From positions 97,154,001 through 97,218,000 of the forward strand of contig NC_042998.1 of NCBI RefSeq assembly GCF_006345805.1: a stretch of DNA of 64,000 bases. Reading direction: 5' to 3'. Position 1 is the first letter of the stretch, and every line of letters begins with the position of its first letter. The notes under the pieces were generated by a model. The model ran no database searches and had not been told where the DNA came from. It was given only the letters and a program-made list of their open reading frames with translations. The position numbers and the translations under genes were made by a program. Source of the DNA: Octopus sinensis. Its lineage: Eukaryota. Below, in pieces: positions 1 to 11,057 of this stretch.

Positions 1-65
1 AAAATATTTCATTTGTAGATAAAGAAATTGTATAACTATGTTTTTTTGTCTCTTTCCTTTTACAG

Positions 66-196
66 GAGCTTTAGCAATGGAATCTCTTCACCGGCAGGTA
101 TTACCATTTATATTACGCAGATTAAAGGATGATGTGCTACAAGATTTACCTCCCAAAATTATGCAGGACTATTATTGTGATTTAAGCCCATTACAG
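66..196 (+). CDS. BTAF1: BTAF1/Mot1 internal exon A (SNF2 ATPase; ALAMESLHRQVLPFILRRLKDDVLQDLPPKI...SPLQ)
   Basis: tttacag acceptor (AG 64-65), CAG|gttaag donor, phase 1 to 0. LHRQVLPFILRRLKDDVLQDLPPKI is a Mot1-type SNF2 motif. Confidence 0.95.
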
Positions 197-299
197 GTTA
201 AGATAATTTTTAATGCTTTTTAAACTCGTTTTAATTCCATTCTGTTAGTGAAATATTCGGTTTTTTTATTCTAATTTCTCTGAAATTCTTTGAATGCAG

Positions 300-455
300 G
301 TAAAACTGTATGAAGACTTTACACGTTCCCATGCCAAAAAGAATGTTGAAAAAAGCGTGTATTCTTTAGATGAAGAATCAACAAATAATACAAAGTTAAA
401 TAATACTTCAACACAATCACAGAAACCTAACCAAGGTACAACTCACATCTTCCAG
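300..455 (+). CDS. BTAF1: BTAF1 exon B (VKLYEDF...TTHIFQ)
   Basis: tgcag acceptor and CAG|gtaaag donor; 156 bp, phase 0-0; continues exon A in frame across a 103-bp intron. Confidence 0.92.
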
Positions 456-995
456 GTAAAGATACTTTTTGTTTATTCAGCTTTGTTTTTATACTATTTA
501 ATTTCGTATCAATGGAGAGCTGTAAATTTATATAAAGTGTGGTTGTCATCATCATACGTCCATTGTGCATGCTGGCATGAGTTGGACTGTTTGACTGGGC
601 TGGTATGCTGGAAGGCTGCACCAGACTCCAGTCTGATTTGGCATGTTTAGTTATGGCTGGATGTCCTTCCTAATGCTAACCACTCCGAGAGTGTAATTGG
701 TGTTTTTACATGCCACTGGCATGATACCAAAGTGCTTTTACATGCCAGTTTGCATGATACCGGTTGTAATCAAGGTAATAATAATCATCATTATCATCAT
801 CATTTAACTTCCTCCTTCCATACTGGCATGGCTTGGACAGTTTGACAACAGCTGGCCAAGCTGGAGACTGTCATGTTTCTGTTTTGGCATGGTTTTACGA
901 CTGGATGCCCTTCTTAACCCCAACCACTCCACAGAGCAGGCTGAATGCTTTAATAATTCATTTCCTTTGATTTACACATATTTGTTTTTCCTTAA

Positions 996-1215
996 CCCTT
1001 TAGCATTCAGATTACTTTGTCAAATATAATACTTATATATTCACATTTTATAGAATTAATCCTGTATTATCTTATAGCTCTGAGATTTCAAAGATGTGAT
1101 TGTTTATTTTTAGAATGACATTGTAGGGTAGGTGTAAGTGGCTGGATCTGGCCAGTTTGAACATAAAATAGGCAGAATACTTTGGCTGGATATGAATGGT
1201 TTAAATGCTAAAGGG
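996..1215. mobile_element. piggyBac-type MITE, family 1
   Basis: TTAA on both sides; perfect 12-bp TIRs CCCTTTAGCATT/AATGCTAAAGGG. A second copy lies at 30986-31187. Confidence 0.85.
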
Positions 1216-1496
1216 TTAATGCTATACTATATTCATAATTGGTAATATGAAGTCCTGTCAAAGAAAACATTTGTACGCTTGTGCTAAAACAGTTTTGGGC
1301 TACAACTCTGAGAAGTCATGATTTTTTCCTAATTGTCTCTTATCAGAAATCCTTTTAGGATGAGCATACAGATGCTTTATTAAACAGAATAGATTAATTT
1401 ATATATATATATATATATATATATACTCAATGTGCTATGTAATATGATAATTTGCTGACACATACTTATACATGTTTCCTTTCCTTTTTATTTCAG

Positions 1497-1645
1497 GCTT
1501 TACAGTATTTGCGAAAAGTATGCAACCATCCAGCATTAGTTTTATCTTCACAGCATCCCAAATATAATGAGATTATAGAACAGCTTTCAGCACAACAATC
1601 ATCTTTACAGGATATTCAACATGCACCAAAATTGACAGCTTTGAA
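1497..1645 (+). CDS. BTAF1: BTAF1 exon C (ALQYLRKVCNHP...HAPKLTALK)
   Basis: tttcag acceptor, AA|gtatgt donor, phase 0 to 2. Conserved LQYLRKxCNHP and APKLxAL motifs. Confidence 0.95.
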
Positions 1646-2354
1646 GTATGTCATCACAATTTTTCTTTCAGTGTTTTACTTTCAACAGTTATCAGTTTTA
1701 AAAGAATAAATTTTGGTGCAAAGGCAGCAATTTTGAAGGAGAGTATGGTGAATGTGGCAGCACTTCCCAGCCATGTGTTTGAATGACTTCCTTGGTTGAT
1801 TACATTGACCCCAGTGTTCAACTGGTACTTATTTTATCAAACCTGGAAAGACGAAAGGTTACATCAACCTTGTTGGAATTTGAACTCAGAATGTGCAGAC
1901 GGACGAAATGCCACTAAGCATTTTACCCAGCATGCTAACAATACTGCTATTTGGCTGCCTTATAAAACTGGCAGAATTGTTAGCATATCAGAAAAAATGC
2001 TTCGCAGCATTTCTTCTGGCCTTTGCATTCATGGTTCAGATATTGTCATGGTTAACATTTCCTTTCATCCTTTTCAATTCGATAAAACAAAGTACCAGTC
2101 AAGTACTAGATTTGATGTAATCACCAAAATTTAATAGGCCAAAATTTGAAACGGTTGTTTTAGATATTACTGCTAAAAACTGTCTATTTATTCTTGAACA
2201 TGAAAACAGTATTAAGATAAACAAGCAAACAACCAAAATATAAAAAAAAAATTTATGAGTGAAAATGGCACCATTCAATGCATAGATATTGCAATTTACT
2301 TGTAATTTGTAAAGTTGTTAAACTTATAAACATTCCACTTGTTTTATTTTGTAG

Positions 2355-2495
2355 ACAACTTCTTTATGACTGTGGTATTGGAGTGACTAGTGGTGGGAAT
2401 TTATCTTCAACAACACCTGTTGTCAACCAGCATCGGGTACTACTGTTTTGTCAGTTAAAAAGTATGTTAAATATTGTTGAGAATGATCTTTTAAA
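2355..2495 (+). CDS. BTAF1: BTAF1 exon D (QLLYDCGIG...QHRVLLFCQLKSMLNIVENDLL)
   Basis: ttttgtag acceptor, AA|gtaagt donor, phase 2-2. HRVLxFCQ helicase motif IV. Confidence 0.95.
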
Positions 2496-3813
2496 GTAAG
2501 TATATCATTGAACTTTCAATATATATTTTCCTTTGTATATCTGTTGGATGATGTAAAAATCAAATTTAATTTTACTATATGTATTTTCAATTATTAATTA
2601 TATGAGTTCCAAATTCTCTTTTTTCATATTCTATTATACAGTTAGTATTTAGAATGGTATCCAGTTGTAAATATTCTGCACTATTTACATATATTTCTAG
2701 TTTTCAGTTCTTAAACCAATTACCATAAGATTTTCAAATTTTATATAATAATAATAATAATGAAATTATTGTATACAGTGCTCAGGTGCACCACAACTTG
2801 TCAGAAAGTGCATATAAATTACATTTTGATGATGAGTTTGTTTGTTGCTTGCAGTATGTAGTTATATTTAAGGTCTTTTTCCAAAAAATTATCAACCGGT
2901 TCAATTGTGGTTGTCCTGTTCATTGGAAGTTAAATTAAGTGTTTTGTTAGAATCTATTTTTTTGGTATCTATTTATGCCATTTAAAGTTTTTGGCTCCTA
3001 TAATAACACTGAAGTAGCATGTTCTCTTAGCATTCAACATTGTATATACATTTTTTTTCCTACAAAGTGCATTTGCTTGTTTGAGTTTCTTTGCTTTTAC
3101 AATTTCTTTAAATGTGTTTGAATTCTGTAAAGATATTTATAACTAATATTGATTTCTATCTCATCTTTATAATCTTTTGTATTATGAATCATTTTTATTT
3201 AATTTTAATATCAATATTCTTTTAGCTAGTCTCTCTGTTTTCTAATTTACCTAAACTATTAAAGAAATCATTACACTGTGTAACATGATATTTGTCCTTG
3301 GGTAGTGACTGTTATTTCCTATTTGCTTACTCTTAGAAAGTATGAAAAATGGCTAATATTTCCTTCAAACTTTGCTTTTGCTACATTTATTCAAACCCCA
3401 AAACCCCTCTCAACACATAGTAGTAATGCTCCCCAACTACTCCTGCTCATGATCAGAGATGCACTTATCAGCCACCAATGGACATGGCCAAGTGGTTGAG
3501 GTCAAGCAACTAACAAGCAAATCTGTGGTAGTGAGCAGAATATTTGCTACGACAGTATTTCTGCTTCAGCAACTCAGTGTTGAATCTGTCTAAAATGTAA
3601 TGGAAAACAGGTCAGTTTCAAAACATTGATGTCCAGGTCACAAAAGCAAAGTTTGAAGGGAATAGTAGTGTTTTCCTTTGATTTCTAAAGAGAAACAACT
3701 GACCAAAGATAAAAAAAAATCTAAATTTTGTTACACAGTGTTATTTTATAAAATGTGGTACACTTAGTGACATAACTGAACTGTTGTTAAACACTTTTTG
3801 TTTTTGTTTTAAG

Positions 3814-3891
3814 AGCTCATATGCCAAATGTGACTTATCTACGGTTAGATGGTAGCATTCCAGCTGGTTCTCGACACAGCATAGTTAATAG
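3814..3891 (+). CDS. BTAF1: BTAF1 exon E (AHMPNVTYLRLDGSIPAGSRHSIVNR)
   Basis: Not in the ORF track; hand-translated. ttttaag acceptor, AG|gtaagt donor, 78 bp, phase 2-2. YLRLDGS motif. Confidence 0.93.
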
Positions 3892-4682
3892 GTAAGTAAT
3901 TGTTTTTTGTATAATTTATACTAATCATGGTGTATGAAGCTGAAATCAGTTTTTTGTTTTTTAAATAATTCCTAATTTTACCTATATGGAAATATTTCTA
4001 AGTTTGTTGAAAAAGTTTTATGTTCACGTGATATTATTAAACAGGAATAAGAAAACATGATTCTTTTATACTTATTCCTATTTATGCAAACTGTTTAATT
4101 TGTCATTCTGGCACCTTTACAGGTAATCAGTTTGATACTAGAAAAGTGTGGCATCCAAAGGAGGAAATTATAAAATCAGGTTTTCCATCTTGTTAGACTA
4201 GTTGGGAACCACAAGCTAGAGGCCATTAATGAGGTGGAACCATAAAGCATTAGAATTTAGGAAGTCATATATTTTAATATGTCAATGGACATGGAAATAT
4301 TTAAATTGTTAAAAATAAGGAATATGTAATTAAAATTGAAAAGAGTCAAAGGAGGAATTATCTTAAGTTGTAATCCAAAGAATTATTGAAATATACTTAA
4401 GGTCTGATGTATAAGCTAATTAACTGACAGAAATACAAACTATAAGGAGAGTTGAGCTTAACCAGCTTGTGAAATCAATTCCTGCTAAAATTAGAATGGT
4501 TTATATTAAAATATATATGTTGTTTAGACATTTTTGGTTTGGATTTAGCCTTCATTTGGATTTTCTTCAAATATCTTATTTATTTTATTGATTCTAGATA
4601 TTACTAAGAGTATAGAGTGATGATTGCTTCAATTTGTCTCGATTTATTTTGTCAGGGAGTAATTTCTTCTTTTTATTTTTAG

Positions 4683-4812
4683 GTTCAACAATGATCCTTC
4701 AATAGATATACTGTTGTTAACAACACATGTAGGTGGGCTTGGCCTTAATCTCACAGGAGCTGATACTGTTGTCTTTGTGGAACATGATTGGAATCCAATG
4801 AAAGACTTACAG
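4683..4812 (+). CDS. BTAF1: BTAF1 exon F (FNNDPSIDILLLTTHVGGLGLNLTGADTVVFVEHDWNPMKDLQ)
   Basis: Not in the ORF track; hand-translated. ttttag acceptor, CAG|gtaaag donor, phase 2 to 0. Helicase motif V region diagnostic of Mot1/BTAF1. Confidence 0.97.
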
Positions 4813-6762
4813 GTAAAGTTTATTGATAGATTTTGGCTTTACAAAAACTTCTTACTGTTTCCATATATAATCTTAATTGTACAACATATATAACAATGTA
4901 ACAATTTATATATAACAATGTAACAAATGTTAAAAGTGAACATTAGAGTTTTAGTTCACAAAAAAATTGAAAGGGTACTCTCAACATCACATCATCTCTA
5001 TTTGTTCACTAACCACTACTGAGTTCATTTCATCATGGCACCATCACTATTGAGTGAACGACCGTTAGATGATAAAGTGCAGCAGTTCATATAGTGAAAT
5101 AGAGCAGTAGCTCTGCTAGTAACATGGCTCTTTTCACTAAATGTATGCCTTTCTGACATAAAGCTCTCTTTGTTGTGTTTTCTTTTTCATTACCTCTGTT
5201 ATCAATGATATTTGTAAATAACTTGTTTCATCATTATCATTGTTTAATGTCCACTTTCCCTGCTAGCATGGGTTGGATGGTTTGATTGAGGACTGGCTAG
5301 CCAGAGGCTGCACCAGACTCCAATCTAATCTGGCAAGGTTTCTACACCTGGATGTCTTTCCTAATGCTAACCACTCTGAAAGTGGAGTTGGTTGTTTTTT
5401 ATGTGCCACTGGCATGAGGGCCAGTCAGGTGGCACTGACATCAACCATGCTTGGTTTTTATGTGCCACTAGCACGGGAGCCAGTTAGGTGACACTGGCAT
5501 CAGCCACGTTTGAATGGTGCTTTTTATGTGCCACTGGCATGGGAGCCAGTCTGGCAGCACTGGCATTGACCACACTCAAGGAAGTACCCATGATTATTTT
5601 CAGGGCACTTGAGAGGAAGGGACAGAATGAAAGTGGAGGCCTGGTCTTGAATGCTTGTAACAGAGTGGACTCTGCTGAAGGCACCCAAGAGCCAGGCATT
5701 GGTATTATACTGGGCAACTGATTGTGTACAAAATTTTTGGTACTTCTTGAGTCTTCTATAATAATAAATGCCAAAACAAATTTCTGTGTGTCAGTGTGTC
5801 ACACTTTGACCCCCTCTCTCACTATTTAATGACACTTCTTCTACTCCTCTTGCTGGGGTGAGAGTAATAATAGGCATAGAGACGGTGAGGGTGGTAGTAG
5901 ACTGACAATTGAGATAGTAATGGGGTGATAGTGATAATATGAGCTATAGTTGTGATAAAGGTGATGGTGGTTGTGGTAGCTGAGGCAGTCAAGCATGACA
6001 GTGATAGTAAGGGATGTGAAAGACAGTGGTGATGGTAGTGGAAGGGAAAGTGGTGAAGTCAAAGGTTTTGATGGTGGCATCAAAAGTCTGAATGGTGTAT
6101 ATATGGCAGTTGCAGTGGCGATGATGGTGGTGATGGTGATGGTTTAAAACAATTAACAGAAAAAGAGAGAGAAAGAAAGAGGTTAGACAGAAAAAAAAAT
6201 TGTACTGACCCCTGAATGGGAAGACAAAAAAATGTTGTTTATCATGCAACTTAGCAATAAGTTGCAAGTCGACAAATTATATCATTGTTTTGATGAAAAT
6301 TGTTCATTGCTTGAAAAATGTTGGTCAAGTTTAATAAAATTTTTATATGTTCTCAATGCATAAAGTGTCATTATTGGGCTCAAGACTCAATGAAAAACCC
6401 TCCACAGGAGTGTGTTGATCTCCATGTGTTTTTGCAGCAGCACCAATGGCATTTATGTACCACTGAGCTGCAAAAAATCCTGCCACTCAGTGGCTTGACA
6501 ATGAAAAAAATGTAGGGAAGGTGTCTGGATGTAAAACACTGCCAACATAGAAAAGCAAATGTGATGATGATATCTCTTGTACTGTTAATAAAATCATTAA
6601 GTTGTACTTTTAATGCCATTCAAATAAAGGTTAACGCAATGATTTATCACTAAATCAGAGAATTTCAGTAAATTTATACTTGCACCTTTTCAAAAATCAT
6701 TTTTGTATAAGTAATTATTTAGTTTCAGTGAGTTCTCAGGTATTTTCTTAATACTTTTGCAG

Positions 6763-6854
6763 GCAATGGACAGAGCACACAGAATTGGCCAGAAAAAAGT
6801 TGTTAATGTTTATCGATTAATTACTAGAGGAACTCTTGAAGAGAAAATTATGGG
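6763..6854 (+). CDS. BTAF1: BTAF1 exon G ([31 protein letters not shown])
   Basis: Not in the ORF track; hand-translated. tttgcag acceptor, GG|gttagt donor, phase 0 to 2. Motif [13 protein letters not shown]. Confidence 0.97.
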
Positions 6855-7446
6855 GTTAGTCTTACTTTTCTTTCATGAAATTTAATTTAAAACTCAATGA
6901 TTTTACAAATTTGTTCTTAAAATTAAATGCTATATATCAAGTCCAAAGTATTTGATTTTCAGAAATGTGCATGCTTTCTTAAACTCATTTATTGTTATAA
7001 ATGTTTGTGAAGCCGTGAGCTGGCAGAATTGTTAGCATGCCGGACAAAATGTCTTGAAGCATTTCTTTTGGCTTTACAATTGTGTTCAAATTCTGTTAAG
7101 GTTGACTTTACCTTTCATCAGTTCAGGATTGATAAAATAAGTACCAGTTGAGCATTTGCACCCCTCCTCTAATATTAGGCTTTGTGCCTAAAGTAGAAAG
7201 AATTATACGTTGTGGTGCACCTGAGCACTGTATACAATAATTTCATTATTATATTAAATGTTTGCAAATAATCTCAGTAAATGTACAGCATATATATGTA
7301 TTAATAGATATAGAATAATTTATAATTATAAATATTTCAGAGAATATTTTTAATTTGAATGAGTAAAACGTTTTTCCTGTTTTCTTTTCCTTTTTTTTTT
7401 ATATTGTAGAATTTTAATTTTTGCAATGTGTTCATTTCATTTACAG

Positions 7447-7726
7447 ATTGCAGAAGTTCAAGATGACAATAGCTAACACAGTGATCAGCCAGGACAATTC
7501 AACATTGCGAACAATGGGCACAGATCAACTCTTAGATTTATTTATTTTGGATGTCAATCAAAGAGACTCTGACAAAGTTAATTCTAAAGACTTAAAAAAT
7601 AGGAAGCATGCTAACCAGCAAGAAAGTATTCGTTCCATATTAGACAGTCTTGGAGACTTGTGGGATGAAAAACAGTATGAATCGGAGTACAACTTAGATA
7701 CCTTTTTAAAGTCTCTTAATACATGA
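7447..7726 (+). CDS. BTAF1: BTAF1 terminal coding exon (LQKFKMTIANTVISQDN...LDTFLKSLNT*)
   Basis: ttacag acceptor, phase 2, TGA at 7724-7726. Matches the Mot1 C-terminus pattern MGTDQLLDLF...LWDEKQYESEYNL. Confidence 0.95.
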
Positions 7727-8137
7727 ATATCTTAAATTAAAAGTATATATTTTTGAGATCTGTATTTAGAAAGTAAATTTCAAGAAATTCAATCTTAATT
7801 TCTTCACCACTCTCTCCCTATCCCTTTCTCATTCATACACCAACATACACACACACATACACATACAGAGAAAAGAAGCAAGATTTTCTATGAATTAAAG
7901 AGTTTGTTGTAAGATATTATTTTTTAAAAAAATATACCATTGAAATGAAATTTTGTAAATTATTTTTCATTGCATTGTACTTCCATTATTTATTTTATTT
8001 TAAAGGAGATTTTTAAAATATTTAATATTTGTTTTTTATAATTTCAAAACTCATTGTTATTTTCAGTAGATACAGTTGAGGCAGTATGTTATTAAAATAG
8101 CAATCTATGTATCATACTTAATGTATATACATTGTTG

Positions 8138-8521
8138 ATAGGCTAGTTACTGCAGTATTTGTCCTGAGATAACATCTCTTATGGATTTTCTGTGTTAAAA
8201 ATACAATAAATATCAGAGAAACAACAATTTGTCCCAGCAGTGGCCAGTGAGAACACCAGATGCATTTTAGTGTTTTTGATGGCATGTACTTGAATGACAA
8301 TTCATCATCCATTTACACTTTCTTATATCAAAACAACAAATTTTTTTCAAGAATATGGCTGTTGCAAGTACACACCATTGATAAGGCTGAAATGCATCTG
8401 GAACTTTTGCTAGCTGCTGCTAAGATGAATTTTCCTCTCTCTCTGATATTTGCTGTATTTTTAATTGAACAAATCCATATGAGATGTTATCTTGGGACAA
8501 ACACTACAGTCACTAGCCTAT
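8138..8521. repeat. Long inverted repeat (82-bp arms 8138-8219 and 8440-8521), probably a TA-flanked MITE
   Basis: Arms match 69/82 by hand alignment; ta|GGCTAG...CTAGCC|ta ends. Confidence 0.75.
8205..8210 (+). promoter_or_regulatory. Candidate BTAF1 polyadenylation signal AATAAA (an ATTAAA also occurs at 7736-7741)
   Basis: Canonical hexamer about 480 nt after the stop. Usage is unverified, and the hexamer is common in AT-rich DNA. Confidence 0.3.
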
Positions 8522-11057
8522 GCTATATGAATGGTTATTGTTATGTATTTTAATAATTGCAGCTCTTGAAGCTGTACATTCTGAGTCCAGATTCTGCTGG
8601 GGTCGACTTTGCCTTTCATCCTTTCATGGGTTGATAAAATAAGTACCAGTTGAACACTTGGGTTGAGGTAATTAACTATTCCCCCACCCCCCGTCTCAAT
8701 TTCAGGCTTTGCGCCTATAATTATTGAAGGATTATTATTATTAAGGTGGCAAGCTAGCAGAATTGTTAACACATCTGACAAAATGCTTAGTGGCATTTTT
8801 TCCTGTTCAGAGTTCAAATTCTACCAAATTTGATTTTGCCTTGCATCCTTTTGGAGTTGATAAAATGAGTACCATTTAGGTACCCAACAAACCAATCTAC
8901 ATCTCTTTCTCATATTTCCTCCTTCATACACTATGCTTAGCTCTCATTTCCCAATTCTGTACTCACACCCCTGTCCTCTGTATCATTGCTATCCAGTAGC
9001 CCCTCCAACTCAGGTCTTTCACCACTTACTTGCACTCTTTAATCACACCTCTTTCTGTCTTCATTCTTCATTCTCCAGCCGGTTGACCTTGTACTTCCTG
9101 TATCTGTCCCACTATAACATTTTCATCATTACCTCCTCCAATGCCTCCTCCCCTCTTAAAAGGTTTTTTTTTTGTTGTTTTGCAAGTATTTGGTGACCCT
9201 GTCAGTGCAGGTACCACTTAAAAGTACCCAGTCCACACAGTAAAGTGGTTGGTGTTCAGAAGAGCATCCAGCTGTAAAAACCTTGCCTGTGCTTGTACCA
9301 CGTAAAAAGCACTAAGTCTACTCTACTGAGTGGTTGGTATTAGGAAGGACATCCAGCTGTAAAAATCCTGCCAAAACAGTCACAGAAGTCTGGTGCAGGT
9401 TTCAGCCTGGCTGGCTCTTGCGGAACCGTCTTATCCACGCTAGTATGGAAGATGGATGTTAAACAATGATGATAATAGGTATTGGGGTTATTAATTTTTT
9501 CTTCCTTTCAAAAAAAATTACTGGCTTTGTGCCAAAACTAGAACATAAATAGATATTACATATAGCCTTAAGACATTTCATGTAAAATATGTAATCCAAT
9601 ATTTTAACAAATTCAGGTGCAAGGCGGGTAAGGAAATGACTGAAATATTAAAAAATTTAATCAGTTTTTCTCTGAATGATATCTATGGTTTGAAACTTTA
9701 TTATAGACAGCACCATGTAAAAAGCTCTATGCTGGTGCCATATAAAAAGCACCCAGTACAACCTGTAAAGTGGTTGGCGTTAGGAAAGGCATCCAACCGA
9801 AGAAGCCATGCCAGAACAGACGACTGGAGTCTGGTGCAGCCCTTTGATTTTCCTACTCCTGTCAAACCGTACAACTCATACCAGCATGGAAAACGGACGT
9901 TAAATAATGATTATTGTTAACCTCTTAAACGAAGTAGAATCAATGATTGACCCAGTTACCTTATCTGGATTGTGAGTATCTTTAGTTTTTGAGGAGTATT
10001 ATTGCTTTGACTTACTCAGCTGAAAGCAACTAAGGATTGTCAGTTATAACTATTCCTGTAAACGTGTATATAAACAATTTTTCTTAAACGCTTTAAGAAA
10101 TCAGTTGAGTAGTGAGCGGACTTCTGAAGTTTTGTGGTTTGTGAAAAGATATGTTATTGCGGTTTGTCATGAGTTGTCTCCCATCCATACCATTTTCGCA
10201 AGATCGATTTTCATTTCGCATCAATCCAGTCAAAATTTTGGGTTAATTTGGGATGATCCCATGAATAAAAAACGATTTTGGCGATCTTTTTTGGGGACAT
10301 ATTCTTTGGTCACGTTTACATACGACAAACTTCAACCACATAAATGTATGGGCCTTTGTCAGAGTTTTTGCTTGGTCATTCAATCTGCTAAAAATAGTAG
10401 CCAAACCAACAAATCACACCCTACTATCTAAAGGAATAAAAAGGAAGAGACTTTAGATGATACGGTCTTTAATTGCTAATTCCTGGAAAAAAGGCCGTTT
10501 CAATACCTTTGACTATAGGTCATTTAGGATTGACTGGGAGCTAAACATCAACAACCACCAAGTCTTGTTAACTGAGAATTGCTGTTTAGCATTTAGTCAT
10601 GGCACATATTTTACTGAGGCATTTTACATCAACACTCTCAGACTCGCATATATACACACCAGCATAGAATAAATTGAACACTCAAACATTCTAAACCAGT
10701 TGTCTAAATCTTGATTTGTCAAAGTAGGAAGTAGTTAGGATTTCTTTAGAGCTGACTAAACTTATTCTATGTTAGAATCAGAGCAATCTTTGGAATCATT
10801 GCTGCATTAGTAAACATTGCAGTACATAGAAAATGCTGCAGAAAAAAAAAGTTTGTTTTGTGAGCTAGGAAAGTGGCTTGGTCAAAGGCTTAAAGATCAG
10901 ACATGCTAAAATCCAGTAGTGTATGGAAGATATTAAACTGGAACTCAATATTGTAAGCTCAATGAGTGAATCTTTAACAGATAAGAAACTGGTTCTCAAT
11001 GCACTAATCCACATGTGTTTGACTATATAAGATATTGAAATAAACAAGGTTCTAGTC

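Noticed and set aside
6200-6635. Possible piggyBac transposase C-terminal relic ending ataaagg|ttaa
   Set aside because: Motifs are too degenerate and no left TIR was found, so the call cannot be supported without an alignment.
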